From positions 26,228,001 through 26,292,000 of the forward strand of contig NC_087251.1 of assembly GCF_037042905.1 (NCBI RefSeq): a stretch of 64,000 bases of DNA, in the 5' to 3' direction. Shown here piece after piece: positions 1 through 10,230 of the stretch. Position 1 is the first letter of the stretch; every line of letters begins with the position of its first letter. Origin of the DNA: Lytechinus pictus (Eukaryota). The notes below the pieces were generated by a model. It was not told the origin of the DNA, made no database searches, and saw only the letters and a list, made by a program, of their open reading frames with translations. The translations under genes and the position numbers were made by a program.

Positions 1-56
1 CAATAATTTCGAATGTCACAAAATTATTGTTAAAACTAAATTTCTTACATCTTTAG

Positions 57-93
57 ATCAACAAAAGGAAAATCCACAATGTCTTACAGACAG
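57..93 (+). CDS. PEF/calpain exon (37 bp; contains in-frame ATG at 79)
   Basis: ctttag|ATCAAC...AGACAG|gtaagg; open frame STKGKSTMSYRQ; phase-0 end fits the next exon. Confidence 0.7.
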
Positions 94-129
94 GTAAGGA
101 ATATTTATCTATATTGTCTAAAATTTAAC

Positions 130-182
<53 letters not shown>

Positions 183-455
183 TAGTAGTAGTAGTAGTAG
201 TAGTAGATGGTAGTAGTGCTAGTAGTAGTGGTAGTAGTGGTGGTGGTGGTAGTAGTAGTATATTAAATCTTGGTTTTGAACATGAAAAGTAATTCGAAAG
301 TTATGACTAAGTGTTAATGAAAACTGTGTTTGTTAAAAGGAAGATTTGTTGAGCAGATTTTTAATGGCTTAATTTTGTTTAATAACATAAAGATTTATCA
401 CATATTGATTCATCATATTTATTTAGTAGTAGTAGTAGTAGTAGTGGTAGTAGTA

Positions 456-494
<39 letters not shown>

Positions 495-501
495 ATAGTA
501 A

Positions 502-572
<71 letters not shown>

Positions 573-620
573 TGGTGGTGGTGGTAGTATATAGTAGTAG
601 TAGTAGTAGCAGTAGTAGCA

Positions 621-657
<37 letters not shown>

Positions 658-682
658 CAGTAGTGGCATTAGTAGCAGTAGC

Positions 683-716
<34 letters not shown>

Positions 717-3700
717 TATTAAATCTTGGTTTTGAACATGAAAAGTAATTCGAAAGTTATGACTAAGTGGTAAATGAAAACTGTGTTTGTTAAATGGAAG
801 ATTTGTTGAGCAGATTTTTAATGGCTTAATTTTTTTATGACATAAAGATTTATCACATATTGACTTATCATATTTATGTATTTACGATGATACTAATTTG
901 GTTTATTTGATAGCAAAGAGAGAATGAAGAAGAGGAGGATCGGGAGACAATTCGGTTCAGAAAAATTTTCAAGGAAGTTTCGGGTCCGGTAAGAAAATAT
1001 TAATTGTTTATTACAAAAGACAGAATTGGGAAGAGATTGTATGTGAGAATGCAAGGAGAATGTAAAATGACGATTGTATATTAGAGGGGAATATGAAAAA
1101 GGAGAAGGGGAGAGGAAAATGAGAGTTAGAGGGGGGATCAAAACACGACAGATTGCAACTAGAAATCAAGTTCTGAAGAAGAGTTTTCGCCAACGTATAG
1201 CCCAAACAAATTAGATATAGCAATTATACTAATTTCTGATTGGTACATATACATGTACATTAACATTTCACATAAAAATCTATATTTTGGAGCCTTTGTT
1301 CATAAACTAACGATCATGGATATTGGATATTCTATTGAAAGTAAAAAAAGAAAATTTTCAAGTTCGTTCTATATATGCAATATATTATTTTGATAGTATA
1401 TACAATGACTTTAAATTAAAAAAACTGTACTGACAATTATGTGACACTGCAGGCAAGATGCTTGGACCTTTCGAAGGCCTTTCAGACAAAACAATTTTAT
1501 GCGAAGCGTTATGAAAACAAAACAGAAATCTACAGAATACATCATATTCACAAACCACAGAGGGTTCACACTTTATGCCCAACCTCAAAAGATTTGGCAG
1601 TTACTTTTGATAAGGGTTGTAACAAAGGAAAATTTAAACAATTCCCACACTGCTCTGCTCATCTATAAAATTATATGCGCTAGGGTAGGACTTGGATATT
1701 TAACAAATTTTGCAGTACACGTATAACTATTGATTGAATTGCAGCAATGGATATTATTTTCAAGGGTTAAACCATGCAATACAAACATTCCTTCTTTTGT
1801 TTTAAGATGATTGGGTATATTTCCCAAATTAGATCAATTTTTATGAACTTTAATTAAATGATATTATATTTTTTCACATAAACTACCAAAGCATTATTGC
1901 GAAAGCGTTTTTATTTTTTTTGTCATCTCACTTTCCAAGCGACTCATACAAGCACATTTTTCTCTTTTTTTTTGGGGGGGGGGGTGTATAAAAGTTGATT
2001 TACTAGTAATATCTTTGTTTTTTATATAGGATATGGAGGTTGATGCCTGGGAACTTCGGGACATTCTAAATTCAGCTCTACGACAAGGTAAAAGTGTGTT
2101 TTGGAATCTTTCGTCAAATCTGTTATACAAGCACATACGAGTTTATTTTTATATGCTACATTTTTAAAGGTCAAGTCCACCCCAGACGAATGTTGATTTG
2201 AATAAATAGAGAAAAATCAAACAAGCATTATGCTGAAAATTTCATCAAAATCAGATGCAAAATAAGAAAGTTGTGACATTTTAAAGTTTCGCTTTAATTT
2301 CACAAAACAGTTATATGCACATCCTGGTCTGTATATCATCCACTCACTATTTCTTTTGTATTTTATTATATGAAATATTCTAATTTTCTCCTCTTTGTAA
2401 AGTGAAACAACGATTAATTCCTCCCTGAACCTGTGGAATTAGCATTGTTTAATACTATATGGTTCAGTCAAGTTGATCCTTATTGTAAAATCTGTAAAAA
2501 ATGAAATATTGTATATTTCAAACAATAGAAAACAAAAGAAATAGTGAGTGAGGGATAATTATCATTGACCGTCTCATTTGCATGTCACTGAGATGTGCAT
2601 ATTACTGTTTTGTGAAAAATAAGCGAAACTTTAAAATGTCATAACTTTTTTTATTTTACATCCGATTTTGATGAAATGTTTAGCGTTATGCTAGTTTGAT
2701 TTTTCTATGTTTATTCCCGTGTTTATTCAAATCAATATTTTTGTGGGGTGGACTTGACCTTTAAATACTGTCACTTTAGGAACAAGTTTTATGAAACAGC
2801 AATCTGATAAATTAGACTGAATGGTCGACGTGATATGATATCAAAATATACATATTTATTTTTAGTTGCATCATAAACAAAATTTCATTTTCGACGTGAT
2901 ATTTGCAATACTGGCTATTACCTTTAATTCAGTTCTGTACAAAAAATCACAGGACAGAATGAAATTCATCTACGTTTGATGCCTTATATCATGTATGTAT
3001 TTTAAAAAAAGAAAAAAAAACCTGCTTAATTTTCGTCGACCGCTCAGCTTGCTTAAGACTATTTTTTACATCTTAATTGAAGTTATTGTTCAAATATTGC
3101 ATGTGGGAATATATGAAAGAAAAATCAGATGCTTTGAAGTCGTATATTTGTTTATAACTTTGTACTATGTATTATATTTATGATTTTCTTTTATTTTGTT
3201 GATAATACTTATGAAAGCTATAAAAGCATTCTTCCCCAAACCTTAGAATCACAGCAAACATTGTCGAAAATCAATTTTCTTTTTTGTTTTCTTTTCCTCT
3301 TCAGATCTACGTCGTGAACGTTTTAGCCTTGAATCCTGCAAGAGTATGGTGGCTCTCAGCGATGTATCCTTTTTCTATTTTGTAAGAAGAAAATAATGAA
3401 TAAACATAGCAAGTGCTTATGATAGCGCTAGAATAAAAGTGGTGTGTGGGTGGAATAACTTCGTATTCAATAAAGATTTTTTTTTTTCAATAAAACATAT
3501 TTGAAAGGAATGTCCTGATTCGATTTTACTGCCCATCATAAGTTGACTATTAGACTGAAAATGGATTTGGAATGACAAAAAGAATGGAGTGGACGTTATA
3601 TTGGTGTAGTTTTGGATTTGATGTTATTTCCTATATTTTGTTGTGCACCTTGAATGCATCGGGAGAATGAAACCGTAATTATTTGAGACTTCCCCTTTAA

Positions 3701-6700
3701 ACGACCCCGCGGTACTCCCTATTAATTTCAGAAATAAAAATCAAAACGATTCAGTAACTCCTCACACATAGCGTATCTGCATTATTATCATAATTATTGT
3801 CATGAATGTTTTTCTTCCTGTTTCAACAACATCAGCTCAATAATTACATCCATGTTCCATCTTCATCATCATTATCATCATCATCGTCATCATCACCACC
3901 ATTACCATCACCATCATCATCATCATCATTGCCATCATCATCATCACCACCACCACCACCACCACCACCACCACCATGTAGCCCCATGTTTTTGCCGAAT
4001 GAAGAAGTCTTTTTTTCCATTGATAATTTCCTGAACTTAACCACTCAGGATGATCGCACTGGCAAACTTAGCTTTAATGAGTTCAGAGAGCTTTGGGACA
4101 AAATCTGCGAATTCAAGGTACTGACAACCTAGTGACTAAGTTGATTTATTTATATTTTTTATATATATATATATAAATGCAACCGAATGTAATCCAGTAC
4201 TGTACACGCTGCTATATGCTTGGCAATGTTTGAGGATTTTTTTTGCCCCCCTGTATAGCCGCTATAGCGCCACCACTTTTTGTATGCAGTCTGAATTTTT
4301 TTATTAAAATTCAAGAGTGAAATTCATATTTAATGGCTGTCATTTTGAACTGATGAGTGATGACAAATCTTCACTAAAAGATAATGTACAGCTTTTAATG
4401 CAAAATGCTTCTAATACAATTGGCATCAAAACTAAGTTTACTCTGTTCAATTATTTGAGAATATATAACTCTGATTTTGGGTGCCAAAACGTGTATGCGA
4501 TAAGAATTCCATAAATTGTCGATAGAAGTGTCAATCGTTATTTTAGCATTTATTCTTCAAACTCACAATTTACCCTTTTTTGTCAAACTAAAATTGATTT
4601 ATTCAAATTCTGCCCTCTTTGAATTTTCTTTCGATAAAATGCGAACATGTTTTTTTTTTTTTACATAAATCATCCCCGATTCAGATTAATGTTGCAATAC
4701 CCGTATGATAATCAAGGAGCACTCTAAATTCATTGAATTGTGGTTGGGATTCAAATAGAAATTAGATTGAAATAATGAATCTTAATCTAATATACTATAT
4801 CGTTCTATTGTAGATTACTAAAACCCTTTTTTATTAAATGATCCGCCCTCTTCATTATATTCAAGATTGATTTTAACTAACAAAATTAATTGATTTGACA
4901 ATTTTATTCGTTTTCTTCATTTATTTATTTTTCTTTTTGGATGCAGGACTTATTCCAGAAGGCAGATTCTGATAATTCTGGGATGATTAACACGAACGAG
5001 ATGAGAGTGGCTTTAGCATCCCTTGGTAAGATCATAGACCTGTTGACATGGAAAGAGTTGCAATCACACCTATAACTCCTAAAATCAAATGCAACTTGAT
5101 TTAGAACCAATCAGAAGCACGCATTTGGGACTAAAGTGGCGTATGTAAGGAGTAGCAGAGGGGGGGGGGTGAGGCACGTGTCCGGAACCATGAAGCCTAG
5201 CTGGTCTGACGAAATAATATTATCGCTATTCTCATATAATTTTTTTCGCTATATAATTTTGATTGTCAAACAGGTTTCAGCCAATATTCATCGAGTTGTC
5301 AAAAATGTCAATATGAATACAAAGCTATTTATTATTTTTTTTGCGATCTAATGACTATTATCAAAGAAAAACATAATTTACGAATTGAACAAAGTTATGG
5401 TAAAAATATTTAATAATGACATGTATTTTACAAGATTCAATAAGATTCAGTAAGATTCAAATTGTAAAGTTCATATTATAAGTTATGTCCGTGATAAAAT
5501 CAAATATCCATGGAAACGTCATTTGATAATCACGTTTCCGGCCCATTGTTTTTATTTTATCCACAACAGATAAATAGTGTAAATTTCATGCTTTAATTTG
5601 TGAAAGAATTAGATATTTCATTGAAAGCTCACCGCACAAGTTTTCATTAATATACCAATTTCAACTGCAAGAACCTTAAGAATTTGCAAGTAAAGTGCGT
5701 ATGTTTTGTATTTGTCTCGTGTTTTACAATGTAAATATATTATTTTGAAAAATGACAATGATAATGGCGTGTTCATTTTTATTAGTGATTTGGTACTAGT
5801 GATTCTTTATTTAGAACAATCATTGATTTGTTTTCTAGTATTTATTTCGTTTTCCCGCCCCTCAGGCTTCAAGCTAAAGAGTGACGTCATCAAAGGATTA
5901 GGTTTGACATACGGAGATAAGGATGGTAACCTCTCATTTGCTAATTTTATCCACGTGGTCATTAGAGTCAAATATATTCACAGTAAGTTGACCATTTATG
6001 AATTCCTTCATTTATCACCATGAATTGCTCATCTATTTACACTTCTTTTATCTAGGTGTGAATTCATGAACAGTCGTGACAACTTTTAATGTGCAGGTCC
6101 TTTGTACTTATTCACAAAATGTAAATAATTATTAGGGTCCTGGGAACAATTTTTTTTTACAGGGGGTGCTGATGTAAATTTGAAAAGCAAAAAAAAAAGG
6201 TTTTCACTCCACATTGGTCCAGAGAAATTTGAAAAGCAAAAAAAGGGGGTTTCGTCTTCAAGAATACCTGGGGGTGCTGCCTTTGGAGAATAATACACGG
6301 AGCACCCCAAAGGAAACTTTTGGGGGTGCTGATCGGCTTCAGCACCCCCTCTTCCCATGAAGATTACAACAAGGTGTAACAAAAATATAACAAACATAGT
6401 ATAACAAAGACACAAGTCTCCGTGATCTGCCACCGAAAAGATAGTCCATGCCTTGATTTCTTCTCGCCCTGATTTCTGTAATGTCCGTTTTTTTTCAATC
6501 TTCCCCAGGCTCATTTATTTAAGCTTCAAAATGCAGCTGCTCGCATCGTCAAATAAACGCTCTCATATCATTTCCATCTTGAATTCGCTGCATTGGCTCC
6601 CGATCAAATATCGGATTATCTTTAAGATTTTGTGCTTGCTTTTCATCATTCACGGATCAGCACACCTCTCTCTCTGTTTTGATCCTCCGCTCTTCGGAGA

Positions 6701-9700
6701 TTAGCGATAAATCGCGATAAAACACCACAATACAGTTTTTCCTTTATTAATTGCTACAGACCAAGCAGGTCTTTGCGCTCATCCTCTTCTGGTTACCTTG
6801 TTATTTCAAAACGTTTCAAAAACTTGGGGGAAAAGATCATTTGCTTATGCATGCCCCACTTTGTGGTATAGCCTTCCTGAAGACATAAAAAATGCATCTC
6901 TATCAAGACTTAAAAATCTTCTGAAAACTCTTTTATCTAACTCTTAGCTCTTTATGCGCCTTGAGCAGTCTGCAGATTGGATTTGGCGCTTTACAAGTCA
7001 CATTATTATTATTACTATTATTTCCATTGTCCACAACTTGATGTTATGTTGGTATATTAAACAGCAACCGGACTTCTTCCAGAAATCTAGGGTTATTGTT
7101 CTATATTCTATCAAATGGGTCCTCTTCTCATTGTTATTATTATCATTATTATTTCCATTGTCCACAACTTGATGTTATTTTGGTATATTAAACAGCAACC
7201 GGACTTCTTCCAGAAATCTAGGGTTATTGTTCTATATTCTATCAAATGGGTCCTCTTCTCATTGTTCACTTCTCTTTCTAATTCAAGACCTTCCGTAAGA
7301 TATGAGCTGTTCCAAGCAAGCTTGCCTTCTGTATCGTTTCAAAGGACACCTCGACTCCTAGAACAGCCAGAAAGCTTCTGTGTCTTGTTGTCACTGTTCC
7401 TAAGGCTCCGATGACTATTGGTACCACCTTCGTCTTCACCTTCCATATCCTTCTCAGCTCCCATGCCAAATCGTTATACTTCTGTATCTTTTACTCCTCT
7501 TTACGCCAAGCTCTGCAGTCTCCCGGAATCGCAATATCTATGATGAGACATTCTTTTTCCTTCTTCTTTAAGAGAACGATGTCTGGTCGTCTAGCTTCAA
7601 TGACCTTGTCTGTCTGGATATTAAAATCCCATAAAAGTTTTACATCGTCGTTCTCTACTACAGGCTCTGCCCGATGTTCGTACCATTTTTCCGCATGGGG
7701 TAAATGGTACTTCTTGGCTAGACCCCAATGAACTGCAGCTGCTACTCTGTCGTGCCTTCCTTTGTACTCTGTCTGTGCCATTTTGCTGCATTCACTCACC
7801 AGATGAGACACCGTTTCGTCTTTGTCATGACACATTCTACATGAGGAAGATGTATGCTCCTTTTCAACTTTGGCTCTTCGGTAATTTGTTCTAATTGCTT
7901 GGTCCTGAGCAGCAACTAGCATACTTTCCGTCTCCTTCTTTAAACTTCCTCGTTTCAGCCACTGCCAACTCTCTGGGCCAGCAAACTCCTCTGTCTGTCT
8001 TAAATGCTGCCCGTGCATCACCTTCTCTTTCCATCCTTCCAGTCTCATTTTCCTTTGATCAGCCTTCAGCTGTTTCGCTGTCACATCCTTTCCTTTCCTC
8101 ATCGACTCTTTGACTGCCGTCATGATGGTATCCATCTGGCCTTCAATATAGCAGTATAGGCTTTGTTCCTCATATCTTACAGTCTCCTCTATTCCAGCCA
8201 GACCACGTCCTCCCTTCTCTCTTGACACATAAAGTCTATCTACATCAGACTTTGGGTGAAACATCCCATGCATAGTTAGCAACTTCCTTGTCTTCCTGTC
8301 CAGGGTTTCGAGTTCAAGCTTGTTCCATTCAACTATGCCAGCAGCATATCTCACTAGGGCTACTGCCCAAGTGTTAACAGCCTTCACCATGTTTCCAGCA
8401 TTTAGTTTGGATTTGAGCACCTTCCGAATTCTCCTGATATACTCTGCCTCAATCTTCTTCTTCATTTCTTGATGTTTCAGCTGATCTGCCTCTAATATTC
8501 CGAGATATTTATAGCTACCACCGTCTTCGATTGATCTGATCTCTTCTCCGTTCGGCATCTGGAAGTTGTTGTCATTGGCTGGCTTACCTCTTATGAGAGT
8601 AATCATTGCACATTTATCCAACCCAAACTGCATACCGATGTCTTCGCTGAAGATCCGCACAGTGTTGATGAGAGACTCCAAGTCACTTCGTGTCTTACCA
8701 AACAGCTTCAATTATTATTACTATTATTATTATTATTTTTATCATCATTGTCATTATTATATGAGGGTAAGTTATTAGGTAGACCTAATTATTTCATTTT
8801 CTCAAAATCTACAGAATGAGCTATTAATTTCAATTAAAAATTGTTTGTTTCTTCTTTTGTTTGTTTCTAGATGCCTTCGAATCTAAGTGTCGCGGTGATA
8901 AGGCTAGATTCAGCCCAGAAGAGGTAGGTGTATACGTTAAACAACATTGTCCTTTATCTATATAGAGTCTTGGGTACTCTGCCTGACAAAAATAATACTT
9001 TGGGAAGCAACGTGAAAAAAATAAAGGAAAATGTTGGCTATAGTATGTCAAAAAAAAATCATATGGAATTGGATTTGGTTTAAGATAAAAATGTTATTAC
9101 TTTTAAAGTCAATTTTTTAGTTGTTTTTCATAAGCATAAATGTTTGGGGTTTTTGGTAATAGCCTAAATATGTAGACAAAATTTAAATCTAACGATTTGG
9201 CTTGTTGCAACGATTATTTTCTTCCCCCTGGAAGAAGCCCCCCTCCCCCAACCGCACTCCTTTACATTTATATTGTTTGTATTAGTAAACATTACTCTTT
9301 AATTCATATCATGTATACTTATTTCTTGATCTGTTAGGGAGAAATTTATCAACTTTGTTATTTCTTTTCTTAATCACCTATTTCATTTCACCATATGTGA
9401 TATTTTACCCATTCTGCTTGCTGAATGTCATTTTGGTCAGATAGTATACAGTTGTTGTGTGTCCGGACAGGTTGTGTGTCCGGACGATCAATTTTAGAAA
9501 GTCATTTGGAAAAATTTACAGGCGAAGTTTCATCAACTTTTAGTACAAAATGTTAGGAAATATTATAGAGAACAAAATAGAAGATGATTACAACTATTCG
9601 GTTCATATTTTTAGTGTAATCCGAAGACAAAAAAGAAGGCTTCAAAAATATAAAGTGTCCGGACACCCGACCCCCCCCCCCTGTAGTGATTTTGATACGA

Positions 9701-10230
9701 ATGTCTGTAGTTGTTTTTTATTATATGACAATGGTTCAGAATCCCATTAAATTTTATTACATAGCTTACCTTTATTAACGTTAACAAATTTCAGTTAAAA
9801 TGAAAAACTTAGGTAGCACACTGGGGACGTAAAATCGGGGAGGTTGGGGGAGCTTCCATACACCCCAACCCTATGTTTTATTCCATAAACTTGTTCAAAA
9901 CGTATATGAACATTCGATTGGTATTTTTGCACGGTCGGCCCCCTCCCACTTTTTAAGCCGTTCTGCGACCCCTGTCACAGTCGAGACTCGAAACGACCAA
10001 GATTTATTTCAAGGTGTCGTTTTCAAACAATTTGTATTAATTTATTTTTGAAGATAATTATAATTTATTTTTATACGGAAAGTGCAAAGCATTGAAACAT
10101 CATGTTCTTTAGTCTGTTTAATTAGATCTGATTAATAAAATTAAAATTTTAGTTTACATTTGCTGACACGGGGTTTTAATGTTTGTAATATCCTTCATTT
10201 CAGTTCCTCGTTGCGGAGATCTACTCTTAA
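79..10230 (+). CDS. Spliced calpain-type penta-EF-hand protein: either the calpain large-subunit PEF domain or a stand-alone small-subunit/sorcin-like PEF. Exons 57/79-93, 914-988, 2030-2087, 3305-3363, 4049-4117, 4947-5025, 5866-5982, 8871-8923, 10204-10230
   Basis: All exons are AG/GT bounded and join in frame (552 nt from ATG79): MSYRQ|QRENEEEEDRETIRFRKIFKEVSGP|DMEVDAWELRDILNSALRQ|DLRRERFSLESCKSMVALSD|DDRTGKLSFNEFRELWDKICEFK|DLFQKADSDNSGMINTNEMRVALASL|GFKLKSDVIKGLGLTYGDKDGNLSFANFIHVVIRVKYIH|NAFESKCRGDKARFSPEE|FLVAEIYS*. EF2 (DDDRTGKLSFNE) and EF3 (DSDNSGMINTNE) loops are canonical. Exon sizes 58/69/79/117 and phases follow the calpain PEF layout as I recall it. The gene may extend upstream of the window. 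Confidence 0.92.
131..880. repeat. (TAG)n microsatellite blocks with a tandemly duplicated ~165-bp unique segment
   Basis: (AGT)n at 131-260 and 425-715. The segment tattaaatcttggttttgaacatg...catatttat occurs at ~259-424 and ~715-878. Confidence 0.95.
914..988 (+). CDS. PEF/calpain exon (QRENEEEEDRETIRFRKIFKEVSGP)
   Basis: tag|CAAAGA...GGTCCG|gtaaga; FRKIF..SG motif precedes EF1. Confidence 0.88.
2030..2087 (+). CDS. PEF/calpain exon, EF1 (DMEVDAWELRDILNSALRQ)
   Basis: tatag|GATATG...CAAG|gtaaaa; 58 bp. Confidence 0.92.
2168..2760. mobile_element. MITE with TTAA TSD (Kolobok/piggyBac-type non-autonomous DNA transposon)
   Basis: ttaa|AGGTCAAGTCCACCCC ... GGGGTGGACTTGACCT|ttaa with long imperfect inverted arms; relatives at ~13199-15710 and ~56506-56900. 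Confidence 0.88.
3305..3363 (+). CDS. PEF/calpain exon (DLRRERFSLESCKSMVALSD)
   Basis: ttcag|ATCTAC...AGCGAT|gtatcctttt; FSLESCKSMV is a calpain PEF motif. Confidence 0.92.
3364..4048 (+). other. U12-type (minor spliceosome) GT-AG intron
   Basis: 5' site GTATCCTTTT; branch-like TTCCTGAAC at 4028-4036, 12 nt before the CAG acceptor; no polypyrimidine tract. Confidence 0.88.
3860..3976. repeat. (CAT)n/(CAC)n microsatellite
   Basis: Directly visible; source of the spurious poly-His/Ser/Pro ORFs. Confidence 0.95.
4049..4117 (+). CDS. PEF/calpain exon, EF2 (DDRTGKLSFNEFRELWDKICEFK)
   Basis: cag|GATGAT...TTCAAG|gtactg; 69 bp; forms the tail of ORF 3806-4132. Confidence 0.93.
4947..5025 (+). CDS. 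PEF/calpain exon, EF3 (DLFQKADSDNSGMINTNEMRVALASLG)
   Basis: gcag|GACTTA...CCTTG|gtaaga; 79 bp. Confidence 0.93.
5866..5982 (+). CDS. PEF/calpain exon, EF4 (GFKLKSDV...YGDKDGNLSFANFIHVVIRVKYIH)
   Basis: ctcag|GCTTC...TTCACA|gtaagt; 117 bp. Confidence 0.93.
6520..7020 (+). mobile_element. L2-clade LINE 3' fragment ending in an (ATT)n tail
   Basis: Translates LQNAAARIV...ILNSLHWLPIKYRIIFKIL (typical L2 ORF2 C-terminus); 3' end gcgccttgagcagtctg...ggcgctttacaagtcac followed by attattatt. Confidence 0.8.
7021..8711 (-). mobile_element. 5'-truncated R4/Dong-like non-LTR retrotransposon (RT C-terminal part + CCHC knuckle + restriction-like endonuclease)
   Basis: ORF 8711-7491 contains IGMQFGLDKC, YKYLG, GGRGL, CRMC...HLVSEC, RHDRV and RRPDIV...IIDIAIP. 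After a single TAA it continues in frame (KIQKY..LAWELRRIW...VPIVIGALG...) to the stop at 7278. Flanked by (TAA)n on both sides. Confidence 0.92.
7278..8711 (-). pseudogene. RT-RLE ORF of the R4-like element with one premature in-frame stop (7491-7493)
   Basis: ORFs 7491-8711 and 7278-7469 are in the same frame, separated by ...RKEE*KIQKY... Confidence 0.88.
8871..8923 (+). CDS. PEF/calpain exon, degenerate EF5 (NAFESKCRGDKARFSPEE)
   Basis: ttctag|ATGCC...GAAGAG|gtaggt; phase matches both neighbours. Confidence 0.85.
9450..9680. repeat. Interspersed repeat (second copy at ~17100-17360)
   Basis: cagttgttgtgtgtccggacaggttgtgtgtccggacgatcaatt...aagtgtccggaca.ccgaccccc is shared by both loci. 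Confidence 0.85.
10204..10230 (+). CDS. PEF/calpain terminal exon (FLVAEIYS*)
   Basis: tttcag|TTCCTC...TCTTAA; resembles the calpain C-terminus (W/F)Lxx.mYS. Confidence 0.82.
   Translation, partial: FLVAEIYS

Noticed and set aside
330..669. Poly-Val / poly-Leu ORFs
   Set aside because: Translations of the (TAG)n microsatellite
3806..4048. Poly-His, poly-Ser/Pro and poly-Gly/Asp ORFs
   Set aside because: Arise from (CAT/CAC)n inside the U12 intron; only 4049-4117 is a real exon
6086..6514. 142-aa ORF
   Set aside because: Lies over an intronic repeat with homopolymer runs; no domain
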